Assembly: GCA_016839055.1 (NCBI GenBank)
Contig: JAEKNX010000001.1
Span: 303,693 to 367,692 of the forward strand
Direction of reading: 5' to 3'
Length of the DNA: 64,000 nucleotides
Source of the DNA: Spirochaetales bacterium
GTDB taxonomy: Bacteria; Spirochaetota; Spirochaetia; UBA9216
Shown: one piece after another, positions 27,387 to 36,779 of the stretch
Position numbering within the stretch: position 1 is the stretch's first letter
How the letters are laid out: every line of letters begins with the position of its first letter
Program-made: the position numbers and the translations under genes
Notes under the pieces: model-generated
Databases searched by the model: none
What the model was told of the DNA's origin: nothing
The model's input: the letters and a program-made list of their open reading frames with translations, nothing else

Positions 27387-28052
27387 ATGATAATTACTGC
27401 TTTTGACGGAAGTCCGAGAAAGAATGGAAACAGCAGGATGCTGTTAAACGCGTTTATTGCCGGCGCGAAAGAGAAAAATTCGGATATAAAAATATATAAA
27501 ACTGATGAAATGGATATTAAGCCATGCAGAGGCTGCCTTATGTGTAATACATTGAAGCTTTGTGCAATCCGCAAAGACAACTGGCAGGATATTGCGGACA
27601 GAATTGCGGGCTCGGATATTCTGGTTTTTTCGAGTCCTATATATTTTCATCACACCACAGCATCGATGAAGCGGCTGCTCGACAGGCTGCGAAGTTTCAT
27701 CCATGTGCAGATAACCGTAAGCGGTCTTATTCATACCCCTCATGAGAAATGGAACAAAAAGATTTGTCTGCTCACGGCACATGGATCCTCAGCCGTCGAT
27801 GACGCGCTGCCCCTAGTCGATCTATTTAAGTTTTTATCTGAGGTCATGGGGCCGGATAACGAGTTTTATCATCTCAATGCTGTCCGTCTGGCAGCATCGG
27901 GGCAGATATCATTTGATGAAGAACGGCTGAGAGGACTCTATAAAAAGCTTGGAATACCTGTTGAGCTTGCCGTAGAAGATGCCGAACGTAACGCCGGATA
28001 TCTGAAGGAAGCCGAAAATCTCGGATGCAGCTTAATTGGACGGAAAATATAA
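27387..28052 (+). CDS. Iron-sulfur flavoprotein (Isf)-like NADPH-dependent FMN reductase family protein
   Basis: 221 aa flavodoxin-like fold (MIITAFDGSPRKNGNS) with the compact CX2CX2CX5C motif (CRGCLMCNTLKLC) typical of Isf. Confidence 0.6.
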   Translation: MIITAFDGSPRKNGNSRMLLNAFIAGAKEKNSDIKIYKTDEMDIKPCRGCLMCNTLKLCAIRKDNWQDIADRIAGSDILVFSSPIYFHHTTASMKRLLDRLRSFIHVQITVSGLIHTPHEKWNKKICLLTAHGSSAVDDALPLVDLFKFLSEVMGPDNEFYHLNAVRLAASGQISFDEERLRGLYKKLGIPVELAVEDAERNAGYLKEAENLGCSLIGRKI

Positions 28053-28107
28053 TGAACATCGGCTGTTCAACATCCTTCAGGCAGGTTAAAATAGCCTAGG
28101 AGGATAT

Positions 28108-30315
28108 ATGTACAACATTGAAGAATCCCTTAGTGACCAAATCCTGTCATTTAAAAGTTCGCGGCCGACCGTTATATTTACCGAAGCATTAGACCCCCGG
28201 CTTCTTGAAGCCGTTTGTTATTTAACCCGATTTCTGCGGCCCGTTCTTCTCGCGCCTGAAAAAGATGTCAGGAAGGTATTCAGCAGCGAGCTGAGTCACC
28301 TGGAAAAAAGTCGGATAGAATTTACAATTTCTGAATCTAGTTTCGTCGAAATAAGTAAAAACAAAGAACTTGTTGAAGAATTCGCGGCCGAATATCAGAA
28401 GACTCTCGAGGCCGAGGGTGAGAAGATCTCTCATGCTGATGCCGCTGGGAAAATGCTCGACCCCTGTTTGTTTGGAATCTTTGCCGTAAGGCTCGGTCAC
28501 GCCGACATGGTTGTCGGCGGAAGTACACATGAACCGGTCACGTATTTTCGCCATGTGCTGAAATTTCTGAAGAAGAAGCCGGTACAGTCGGAAACCGGGA
28601 TATTTGTTCTTCCTGATGATCATCCTGAAAACATTTATTCAAATAATATAATTGTCTTCGGAGATGTTGGTGTAAACGGTACAATGACTCCCGAAGTTCT
28701 GGCGAGAATAGCCGTAGATACCTGCTCAATCGCCAGGAATCTTTTTCCTGATAATGTTCTGCCGAGGATACATGGCGCCATTGTCTCGTACTCAAATCAC
28801 GGTTCGGATGAAGGTCCGTCACCGGACCTTGTAAAGAAGGCAACAAAGCTCGTTCCGGATCTCCTCAAGGAGTATGCTCAGGAGGATCCGAGGTACAGCA
28901 CCATATCAATCGAAGGTGAAATCAAGGCTAATGTAGCCCTCTCTGAGCGTTCGGCTATGTATTACAACAAGGAAAATGAGGATGGATGGAAGGGCCCTAC
29001 TAATGTAATCATCTGTCCTAACCTCGATATGGGAAATCTACTTTATCATCTTTACGCAACAAGATTCCCCGATGCGAAGAAATTTACAATCATTTCCGGG
29101 GTAGGATTCTCGGCGGTTGATCTGGCCAAAGACTGTTCCTCAGAGGATATTCGGCTTGGAGTCAAGGCGCCTATTCTAAATCTTCTTCAGAAAGAGGGAT
29201 GGACAAAGACCCGTCGTGATACCTTCTTCAGACGCTATAAGGTTCTGGCAATTAATCCTGGATCTACATCGACGAAAGTCAGCGTATATGAAGGTGATTA
29301 TGAGCTTTTCACCGAAGAGCTGCAGCATACGGCAGAAGATCTCGCGCCCTATGAGGGCAAGGCTGTTGCCGAGCAGTTTCAGTATCGAAAAGATATGATA
29401 ATGGAGTTCCTGTCTGAAAACGGATTGTCAATAGATGATCTCGACGCAGTCGCCGGACGCGGAGGCCTTGTTCGGCCGATAAAACACGGGACTTACCGGG
29501 TTAATCAGCGGATGCTTGATGACCTTAGGGCCGGCATAGGCGGCGAACATGCCTCAAACCTCGGAGCGCTTATTGCAAATGAGATGGTTGACGGCACTGA
29601 TCTCCCCGCCTTCATAATTGACCCCATCGTTGTCGATGAGGTGGAAGAGAAGGTCAAGATAACGGGCCTTAGTGAACTGAGGCGGTACATAATCAGCCAT
29701 TCCCTGAACCAGATAGCATCGGCAAAGCGGTATGCTGAGGAGCACGAAACCTTTTACGAGAATCTCAACATCATTGTCGCTCATATGGGAGGCGGAATAT
29801 CCGTCGGTGCTCATTATAAGGGCCGATATGTCGATGTCAACAATGCTCTAAACGGGGAAGGCCCCTTCTCACCACAGCGTTCGGGTTCACTGCCTATAGG
29901 GCCGCTCATAGATCTCTGTTTTTCCGGTAAGTACAGCCATGATGAGATGAAAAAGCTCAATAAGGGCAGGGGAGGCCTTATTAACCTTCTAGGTACAAAC
30001 GATCTGCGTGATGTTGAAAAGATGATAGACGAGGGAAATGAGTTTGCCGCCCTTGTTTTTGATGCTCTCGTATATCAGATGTCAAAGGAGATAAGTTCGC
30101 TTATACCCGCCTTCAATGGAGAGGCTCTGGATCAGGTTATTCTTACCGGTGGAATGGCGCGCTCTGAAAAACTGGTTGAAGGAATTACCGCTTCAATCAA
30201 ACTGCTTGGATGCGGAGTTACCGTTTATCCTGGGGAAAATGAGATGTATGCGCTGGCGAAAGGAACTGTCAGGGTTCTGCAGGGCAAGGAAGAGGCCAGG
30301 GAATACAATCCCTGA
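28108..30315 (+). CDS. Fused phosphate butyryl/acetyl-transferase (PTA_PTB) and butyrate/acyl kinase (Ptb-Buk fusion)
   Basis: 735 aa. The N-terminal ~330 aa are a PTA/PTB-family domain (..IVFGDVGVN..). The C-terminal ~360 aa start with the butyrate-kinase N-motif INPGSTSTKVSVYEG and carry ASKHP-family acetate/butyrate kinase motifs (IVAHMGGGISV). Confidence 0.8.
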   Translation: MYNIEESLSDQILSFKSSRPTVIFTEALDPRLLEAVCYLTRFLRPVLLAPEKDVRKVFSSELSHLEKSRIEFTISESSFVEISKNKELVEEFAAEYQKTLEAEGEKISHADAAGKMLDPCLFGIFAVRLGHADMVVGGSTHEPVTYFRHVLKFLKKKPVQSETGIFVLPDDHPENIYSNNIIVFGDVGVNGTMTPEVLARIAVDTCSIARNLFPDNVLPRIHGAIVSYSNHGSDEGPSPDLVKKATKLVPDLLKEYAQEDPRYSTISIEGEIKANVALSERSAMYYNKENEDGWKGPTNVIICPNLDMGNLLYHLYATRFPDAKKFTIISGVGFSAVDLAKDCSSEDIRLGVKAPILNLLQKEGWTKTRRDTFFRRYKVLAINPGSTSTKVSVYEGDYELFTEELQHTAEDLAPYEGKAVAEQFQYRKDMIMEFLSENGLSIDDLDAVAGRGGLVRPIKHGTYRVNQRMLDDLRAGIGGEHASNLGALIANEMVDGTDLPAFIIDPIVVDEVEEKVKITGLSELRRYIISHSLNQIASAKRYAEEHETFYENLNIIVAHMGGGISVGAHYKGRYVDVNNALNGEGPFSPQRSGSLPIGPLIDLCFSGKYSHDEMKKLNKGRGGLINLLGTNDLRDVEKMIDEGNEFAALVFDALVYQMSKEISSLIPAFNGEALDQVILTGGMARSEKLVEGITASIKLLGCGVTVYPGENEMYALAKGTVRVLQGKEEAREYNP

Positions 30316-30319
30316 GCCG

Positions 30320-31171
30320 TCAGTTTTCTTTATTGAGAAGCTGATCCAGTGAATCATGAGTGCGGTTGAGTGTCGAGGATATAGAGTTGGCATCCTGAAG
30401 TAGACGGAAAACATCTTCAAGTGACTTGAGCCCGTCAGTAATGGCTATCGTCTGTTCCGACACTCCTCCCTTTATCTCTGCCAGCATATAGCCGGAATTC
30501 TCGAGACTTTTTCTGCTCTTATCGAAGTCACGGCTTGTCTCAAGCATGTCCTTCTGGAAATTCTCCAGGAGGACAATAAGATCGTTGAAGCTGCCTCGTA
30601 CCTGCTTGAGCCCGGAGTTGAACTCGTTGATGGATCCGCTTATTGTATTCGCGAAATCCTGAGTCTGTACCGAAAGGCTCCTTATTTCCTTTGCAATGAT
30701 ATTAAATCCCTTGCCCGAGCTTCCTGCGCGTGCTGCCTCAATGGATGCGTTAATAGCAAGGATGTTTGTCTGCTGGGCAACATCATCAATTTCACGTGTC
30801 ATTTCACGCACCTGCGAGGATTTATCCTCGAGTGAAGAAAAAAGGCCGTGGAGCTTCTGTGATTCCTCAGTTGCGTGAGTTATTTCTTCGACATTCTTCT
30901 GAATAGCGGAATTAACAGAAGAGGTCGTCTGGATAATTTCACTCATGCTGCTGTAAATATTTTCGGTGTTTGTGCTTGTACTCTCTGAGGTTGCCCTTAT
31001 TTCTTCAAAACTCGCGACGATCGTCTCTAACGAATTATGAATATTTTGTATCTTTCTCTCTATTATGTTCATGGCACTCTGGGTCACTTTTGAGAGGATT
31101 ATCCCCTTATTATAGCCAATGGTAAGAAGAGACATCGTTTTTTTGAAGAAATTTGATTGTTTATCACTCAT
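30320..31171 (-). CDS. Soluble methyl-accepting chemotaxis protein (signalling domain only)
   Basis: 283 aa, no TM segment. Highly conserved MCP tip ILAINASIEAARAGSSGKGFNIIAKEIRSLS. Confidence 0.8.
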   Translation of the reverse strand: MSDKQSNFFKKTMSLLTIGYNKGIILSKVTQSAMNIIERKIQNIHNSLETIVASFEEIRATSESTSTNTENIYSSMSEIIQTTSSVNSAIQKNVEEITHATEESQKLHGLFSSLEDKSSQVREMTREIDDVAQQTNILAINASIEAARAGSSGKGFNIIAKEIRSLSVQTQDFANTISGSINEFNSGLKQVRGSFNDLIVLLENFQKDMLETSRDFDKSRKSLENSGYMLAEIKGGVSEQTIAITDGLKSLEDVFRLLQDANSISSTLNRTHDSLDQLLNKEN

Positions 31172-31176
31172 ATCCG

Positions 31177-31950
31177 TTACTCGTAAATCTCGTCGATTAT
31201 ATCAATTCCGCATTGAAGGCCTGCGAACCAGTCAAGAAATTTCTTTACATTTTCATCTTTGAATATTGCACCATGTTGGGGCGCAAGATACTTAATATTA
31301 AGACCGTCAAGTTTTGATATCCATTTCTTTGCAGCCTTGTTGGAGGACATGTATCTGCGGTGGAAGCCTTCCATGATCTTTCGATGCTCATCAAAGTCTT
31401 CAACAAAAATATACTGATTTCCCGTAGGAAAGACTGCAGCGCCTATGTCGCTAGTAAATAAAACACAGGAAACCGGATCAAAAAAACTATAGCAGCCTGC
31501 TGAATGCAGAAAATGAGCCGGAATCAGTTTCAAGTCAGTTGATCCGGCAAGTTTTAGACTTCCCCCGAGTCCTTCTATTCCGACTATTCTGTCTTGATTA
31601 ACTATTCCAAAGTGGGGAATGAATCTAAGCCAGAGCTCAGATATGTAGACCTTTGCCTTGGTGACCCCCAGCCAGAGAGCTATTCCGCTTGATACATCCG
31701 GATCCTGGTGGGAAAAAAAGATATTGTCGATCTTATCGAGATCAATATATCTGCTTACAAGGGCTATTACACGTGCAAAAAGATGTATTCCGCCAGGATC
31801 TACCAGGGTCCCGCGGCCGTTGCTTATAATCAGGTATTGATTAGTCTGGACGACGCCTTGTTCTTCGACTTCATCCGCGCCGAGCCAGATGAACTGATGC
31901 CCTCCATCCTGAAAGAGAATTTTACCGTTTATATCATTTGAGTTTATCAA
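31177..31950 (-). CDS. Metallo-beta-lactamase-fold diiron-type protein resembling the flavodiiron N-domain / ODP (oxygen-binding diiron protein) family
   Basis: 257 aa MBL fold. Metal-ligand pattern H-x-D-x-D (SHQDPDV) plus downstream H, D, H (PAHFLHS, TSDIG, APQHG), like FprA/ROO N-domains but without a flavodoxin domain. It is co-oriented 5 nt upstream of the soluble MCP, the arrangement described for ODP-MCP pairs. Confidence 0.55.
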   Translation of the reverse strand: MINSNDINGKILFQDGGHQFIWLGADEVEEQGVVQTNQYLIISNGRGTLVDPGGIHLFARVIALVSRYIDLDKIDNIFFSHQDPDVSSGIALWLGVTKAKVYISELWLRFIPHFGIVNQDRIVGIEGLGGSLKLAGSTDLKLIPAHFLHSAGCYSFFDPVSCVLFTSDIGAAVFPTGNQYIFVEDFDEHRKIMEGFHRRYMSSNKAAKKWISKLDGLNIKYLAPQHGAIFKDENVKKFLDWFAGLQCGIDIIDEIYE

Positions 31951-32073
31951 TGATTCCTCCTGAGTCTGCTATTCTTAATTAATAGTATATTTAGGGCTTT
32001 AGATCAAATGCATCCAAAAAAGCCGCGGGAATGTTGACTCCCGCGGCAGTGATATTTAAGAAATTACCGACAA

Positions 32074-33882
32074 TCAGATAATACTCTCAGCTGTGATTTC
32101 CTCCCAGATCTCCTTAATAGAGTGCTTAACCTTCCGTTTACGATCGGTATAGCTTGTATGAAGAAGTCTGTGAGATTTATGCGACAGAGGTTCTCCGAGA
32201 AAATCCTCGTAGATCTTTTTAATCATCGGATTATTATGGGACTGCCTGACAGGCGCATTGGCGTCTATTGTATATAAGCCCTGCTGTCTTGCTTCCTTGT
32301 TATACTGGTACTCACCCTTGATCCTCGGCTGTCCGCCGCCTGATATGCATCCTCCGGGACAGGCCATGACCTCGATGAAGAGGTATTTGTCTGCCTCTCC
32401 GGTTTTAATTTTTTCAAGGACATTACGGGCGGCCTTAAGACCTGTTGCCATGCCTACTTTTACCTTGCCGTAGTCTCCGCCGAGATCAATTTCAGCTTCT
32501 CTGAAATTCTCAAGCCCGCGGACGGCCTTGATGTCTATCTTATCAAGTTCCTTTCCGTTGACAACAGCATAAAGGGTTCTGAGAGCGGCTTCCATTACAC
32601 CGCCGGTAGCTCCGAAAATGACCGCGGCGCCGGTGTAGTCGCCCATCCATGGGTTGTCATACACTGAATCGGGAAGGTCGGCCAGCCAGACACCCTCACG
32701 CTTAAGCAGCCTTGAGAACTCACGCGTGGTAAGAACAACATCAACATCCGGTTTCCCGTTCTGAGTCATCTCCGGACGTTTTGCCTCTTCCTTTTTTGCG
32801 GTGCAGGGCATTATTGAAACAACCCTCATATTACGGGGATTAATGCCCATTTTCTCGGCAAGGAAGCTTTTTGCTATAGCTCCGAACATCTGCTGGGGCG
32901 ACTTTGCCGAAGACAGATGCGGAATGAGCTCGGGATAATTTTTTTCTACGAAATTGATCCAGCCGGGAGAGCAGGAGGTCATCATCGGCAGAGTTCCGCC
33001 GTTTTTGATCCTGTCTAGCAGCTCGGTACCTTCCTCCATTATTGTCAGGTCGGCCGAGAAGTTCGTATCGAGGATTACATCACCTCCGATTTTGCGGATG
33101 GCTGAAATTATTTTTGCTTCTACAGATTCCCCCGAGAGCATGTGAAACTCTTCTCCCAGGGCAACCCTGACTGCCGGCGCTACCTGGAATACAGTCACAA
33201 TTTCCGGATCATAGAGATAATCAACAACTTCCTCGGTATCGTCCCGGGCGGCAAGGGCTCCTACCGGGCAGACCAGCGTACACTGTCCGCAGCTTACGCA
33301 GTTTGAACTACCGAGAGCCAGGCTGTCTTTTATGCCAATTTCGGTAGTAAGCCCCTTGTCGGTGAAGACGAGGACGTCGGTCTTCTGCACTTCACGGCAG
33401 ACCTCCACACAGCGAAGGCATCTGATGCATTTGCTCATGTCGCGGATTATAGCCGGAGACGAGATTTCCTTCGTTCTACCCCTGTAGAAATGGGGATAAT
33501 TATAATGTGTCTGCTCCAGGCCTACAAACTGGGCTACATCCTGAAGCTCACAGTCGCCGTGTCTGATGCAGGACGCGCAGTCCTGATTGTGGTCGGCAAG
33601 CAGAAGCTCAACCTGCAGCCTTTGACGCTCTCTTACCAGCCTTGTTCGGGTAAGCACCTCCATGCCTTCGGCCATCGGGGTGTCACAGCTGGTCACAATC
33701 TGATGTTCGGGGCCTCCCTTTTTTTTAGTATCAACAAGGCAGACCCTGCAGGTACCGGGAGTATGATTAAGGCATGTAAGAGCACAGAGGGTCGGAATGA
33801 AATGTCCGTGGGCCCTTGCGGTCTGCAGGATAGTATCATTTTCGTTAAATTCGACTTCTTTTCCGTTTATATATCCTTTCAT
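32074..33882 (-). CDS. hydA: [FeFe]-hydrogenase catalytic subunit (HydA), M3-type
   Basis: N-terminal 2Fe-2S and two 4Fe-4S ferredoxin motifs, then H-cluster motifs TSCSPGW, MPCTAKKEE and EVMACPGGCISGGGQP. The start is set at the internal Met (MKGYINGKEV) to remove the overlap with the upstream gene. Confidence 0.9.
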   Translation of the reverse strand: MKGYINGKEVEFNENDTILQTARAHGHFIPTLCALTCLNHTPGTCRVCLVDTKKKGGPEHQIVTSCDTPMAEGMEVLTRTRLVRERQRLQVELLLADHNQDCASCIRHGDCELQDVAQFVGLEQTHYNYPHFYRGRTKEISSPAIIRDMSKCIRCLRCVEVCREVQKTDVLVFTDKGLTTEIGIKDSLALGSSNCVSCGQCTLVCPVGALAARDDTEEVVDYLYDPEIVTVFQVAPAVRVALGEEFHMLSGESVEAKIISAIRKIGGDVILDTNFSADLTIMEEGTELLDRIKNGGTLPMMTSCSPGWINFVEKNYPELIPHLSSAKSPQQMFGAIAKSFLAEKMGINPRNMRVVSIMPCTAKKEEAKRPEMTQNGKPDVDVVLTTREFSRLLKREGVWLADLPDSVYDNPWMGDYTGAAVIFGATGGVMEAALRTLYAVVNGKELDKIDIKAVRGLENFREAEIDLGGDYGKVKVGMATGLKAARNVLEKIKTGEADKYLFIEVMACPGGCISGGGQPRIKGEYQYNKEARQQGLYTIDANAPVRQSHNNPMIKKIYEDFLGEPLSHKSHRLLHTSYTDRKRKVKHSIKEIWEEITAESII

Positions 33883-33892
33883 GGTTGTGCTC

Positions 33893-35875
33893 CTATTTCT
33901 CAGTAATCGCGAGAGAGACTCTGTAGCACCTGAGACAGCGGCTTGCTTCCTCATATGCCTGTTCTACAGTGATATTCTTCTCGACTTCTTCGAAGATCTT
34001 TTTCCGGACCTCCGGATCAATTTCATCGGCAATTATCCGTTTTGTCGCCCTTACAGGAACTGCGAGATAGTCAGTGTCATCCTTCTCAATATCCTTGATG
34101 AGCTCACTCATTCTCTCTGAAGGATCAAAGAGAACCCTCCCGTGGGTGAGGTAGTCATCTATAGACTTCGCAGCCTTCATTCCGAGGGCCATAGCCTCGA
34201 TAAGGGTCTTGGGTCCGGTTGTACAGTCTCCACCGGCAAAAACACCCTTCTGGGTAGTCTCGAGGGTGTGAGGCTCGGCGTCGATGAGTCCCCATTTATT
34301 CAGTTCAATTCCGTCGTTCGGAGACAGGAAGGAATGGTCAACTCTCTGGCCGATTGCAGGAATTATAAAGTCACAATCCATAGTATATTCGGAGCCGTCA
34401 ACAGGTTTTGCGCTTCTTCTTCCGCCGGCATCAGGTTCTCCAAGTTCCATTTTTATAAGCTTAAGACCGGTTACCTGGTTGTCTTTTGAGACAATCTGTA
34501 CCGGATGTGTGAGAAAATGAAAGATTACTCCTTCTTTCTCGGCCGCCTCTATTTCTTCATGGTCCGCGGGCATTTCATCTTTTGACCGCCTATAAACCAG
34601 ATGAACTTCTTCGGAGCCCATTCTGAGAGCTGACCTGGCACAGTCCATAGCTACATTACCGCCTCCGACAATTACCATCTTATTTCCAAGATCAACATCG
34701 AGGCCGATATTCAGGTAGTAATGGTTTATATAGAGCAGAAAGTTTATTCCTGATTTATATCCCTTCATCGAGCGTTGTTCACCCGGAATTCCAATCATTT
34801 TTCCGGTGCCGGCTCCTATTCCGAGGAAGAAGGCCTTATAACCCCGTTTCTTCAGATCAGTGAGAGTGAAATCCTTTCCCATCCGCTGATTGTAATATAT
34901 TTTTCCGCCTAGGGTTTCGACTATTCCGATTTCCTTATGAAGGACATCGGATGGAAGCCGATAGTTAGGAATCCCAACCGAGGCCATACCGCCTGGTTCC
35001 GAATGAGCTTCAAAGATATCTACTGAATACCCTTTGAGAAGGAGGTGATAGGCGGCGTTGATGCCGGCCGGGCCGGTACCGATAATCGCGACTTTCAGAT
35101 CATCCGGTTTTTTATCGGCGATTAGATCCTGGTCAAACCAGTTATCGGAGATGTATTTTTCCCGTTCAGCGACAAAGCGCTTGAGCAGTTTGATGCCGAC
35201 AGGTTCGTCAACGAGGTTTCTTCTGCATGCAAATTCACAGAAACGTACGCAGACCCGTCCGCAGGTCTCGGCCATCGGATACTTCTGTAGTATTACACTT
35301 ACAGAATGGGTGAGCTTGCCGTCCTGGATGTAGTCGATGTAGCGCGGGACTTCTACTTTGGCTGGACATGCTTCAATACAGGGAGCCGTGACATAGGAGT
35401 AGGCTTCCTGTCGCTTGTAATTTGCTATGTCTCTTATCTCGGCTTCAAGCTCCTGACGGAAGTAAGTGAGCATCTTCTGAAGGGCAACGGTGGCTGTCTG
35501 CCCCAGCCCGCAGAGGCTTGTGGTTCTTACATGTTCGGCAAGCAGTTCAAGTTCGTCCAGAGACTCAACTCCCGCTACACCATTTATGATGTCAGCAAGT
35601 TTCTGCTTGATTATATTGGTTCCAACCCTGCAGGGAGTACATGCCCCGCATGATTCTTTAGCGGCTCTGGTTATATACAACATGGCCGCATCTAAAAGAT
35701 TAACACCTCCATCGAAGATGAAGAATCCCTTCCAGCCAAAAAAAGCTTTTATTGGATTGCCAGGGTTAAATTCAACAAAGTTGTCGAAACGGGGACTGTC
35801 TTCTATCTCAAACATCCTTTTGTCCCTGTTGTCAATGACTTCACCATCCCAGACACCAAAAATTACTTTACTCAT
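33893..35875 (-). CDS. Hydrogenase-associated flavoprotein: NuoF C-terminal (4Fe-4S, SLCGLGQTA) domain fused to a glutamate-synthase small-subunit (GltD)-like FAD/NAD(P) oxidoreductase
   Basis: N-terminus has ESCGACTPCRVGT...SLCGLGQTA (NuoF/HoxF iron-sulfur region) but lacks the FMN/NADH-binding part. The remainder has ferredoxin-like Cys clusters and AIIGTGPAGINAAYHL / VIVGGGNVAMDCA dinucleotide folds, as in GltD/NfnB. The start is taken at MSKVIF (AGGAG RBS). Confidence 0.75.
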   Translation of the reverse strand: MSKVIFGVWDGEVIDNRDKRMFEIEDSPRFDNFVEFNPGNPIKAFFGWKGFFIFDGGVNLLDAAMLYITRAAKESCGACTPCRVGTNIIKQKLADIINGVAGVESLDELELLAEHVRTTSLCGLGQTATVALQKMLTYFRQELEAEIRDIANYKRQEAYSYVTAPCIEACPAKVEVPRYIDYIQDGKLTHSVSVILQKYPMAETCGRVCVRFCEFACRRNLVDEPVGIKLLKRFVAEREKYISDNWFDQDLIADKKPDDLKVAIIGTGPAGINAAYHLLLKGYSVDIFEAHSEPGGMASVGIPNYRLPSDVLHKEIGIVETLGGKIYYNQRMGKDFTLTDLKKRGYKAFFLGIGAGTGKMIGIPGEQRSMKGYKSGINFLLYINHYYLNIGLDVDLGNKMVIVGGGNVAMDCARSALRMGSEEVHLVYRRSKDEMPADHEEIEAAEKEGVIFHFLTHPVQIVSKDNQVTGLKLIKMELGEPDAGGRRSAKPVDGSEYTMDCDFIIPAIGQRVDHSFLSPNDGIELNKWGLIDAEPHTLETTQKGVFAGGDCTTGPKTLIEAMALGMKAAKSIDDYLTHGRVLFDPSERMSELIKDIEKDDTDYLAVPVRATKRIIADEIDPEVRKKIFEEVEKNITVEQAYEEASRCLRCYRVSLAITEK

Positions 35876-35883
35876 AATTTCTC

Positions 35884-36330
35884 CTAAAAATTGACGATTT
35901 CGGGTGATTTCCCGGATTCCCGTAAACATTTTACGAATTCAGTAAAAACCGTATTTTTATCAATCCCGTTAACAGGATTAAAGGCCCTTCCATGATAGAT
36001 TTTAATTCTATCATGCCTCATGATTTCATTTTTCAGTAGTTTTACCGCATCATTAGCGGTGTATTCACTAAAAAAAATCTCATTAAGTTTTTTGATTGTT
36101 AAAGTACCTTCTGCAACAATAATATTACCGAGAAAACCATAGGGATGCATTCCGCATCCTGATGTTTTCAAATCGATTCTTGTTTTATCTTTCAACCGTC
36201 GCTCGAAAATTAAGCTGGTTGTCCCTCCGAGAATGATTTTCCCGCCGTCCTCTTTGATGAAGCTGCTGACTGCTTCATCATCGTCTGAGCGGTTCTCCGG
36301 AGGTCCGAAAAATATTACAAGACCGGACAT
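35884..36330 (-). CDS. Hypothetical protein in the hydrogenase operon
   Basis: 148 aa, no secure motif. Translationally coupled between the 2Fe-2S ferredoxin gene and the GltD-like gene. Confidence 0.4.
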   Translation of the reverse strand: MSGLVIFFGPPENRSDDDEAVSSFIKEDGGKIILGGTTSLIFERRLKDKTRIDLKTSGCGMHPYGFLGNIIVAEGTLTIKKLNEIFFSEYTANDAVKLLKNEIMRHDRIKIYHGRAFNPVNGIDKNTVFTEFVKCLRESGKSPEIVNF

Positions 36331-36578
36331 TATCCTGCCGTGTTGAGCACTTCTTTAAGAAAAAAACCTTCCGCTTCTTCTGGGCTCGTTTCAAAGACGT
36401 TTGAATTAACGCTTACCCGAACTTTCTTGCCGGAACATTGCCCCATGCAGAATGCACCCTTAAGACTGATGTTTTTTTCAAGCTTGTTTGATGTGATAAG
36501 ATGCTGAAATGTCTTTATCACCTTTGTCGCCCCTCTGAGATGGCATGAAGTACCAATACAGACTGTAAGCTCGACCAT
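36330..36578 (-). CDS. Thioredoxin-like [2Fe-2S] ferredoxin (NuoE/HydC-like minimal form)
   Basis: 82 aa with four Cys in a CIGTSCHLRG...CMGQCS arrangement, typical of thioredoxin-like 2Fe-2S ferredoxins found in hydrogenase operons. Confidence 0.6.
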   Translation of the reverse strand: MVELTVCIGTSCHLRGATKVIKTFQHLITSNKLEKNISLKGAFCMGQCSGKKVRVSVNSNVFETSPEEAEGFFLKEVLNTAG

Positions 36579-36779
36579 GAGAACCTCCTCGTTAGAGATG
36601 AATAATTATCAAAATACCGGCTTATTATACACGAGTATTTGTGCACCGCAAGAGACAATTGCCTGATTTGTCAGTGTTAGAGCGCTAACACGAAGTTCAT
36701 CTAAGGACGTAAAAACATATAAAAACGACTGGAAAAAAAATGAGATAAGAATTATCATTTTTATATAAGATATTGAGGA

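Noticed and set aside
33883-33954. 24-codon N-terminal extension of hydA overlapping the upstream GltD-like gene.
   Set aside because: The extension has no hydrogenase similarity. The start MKGYINGKEV matches HydA N-termini and leaves a 10-nt intergenic gap.
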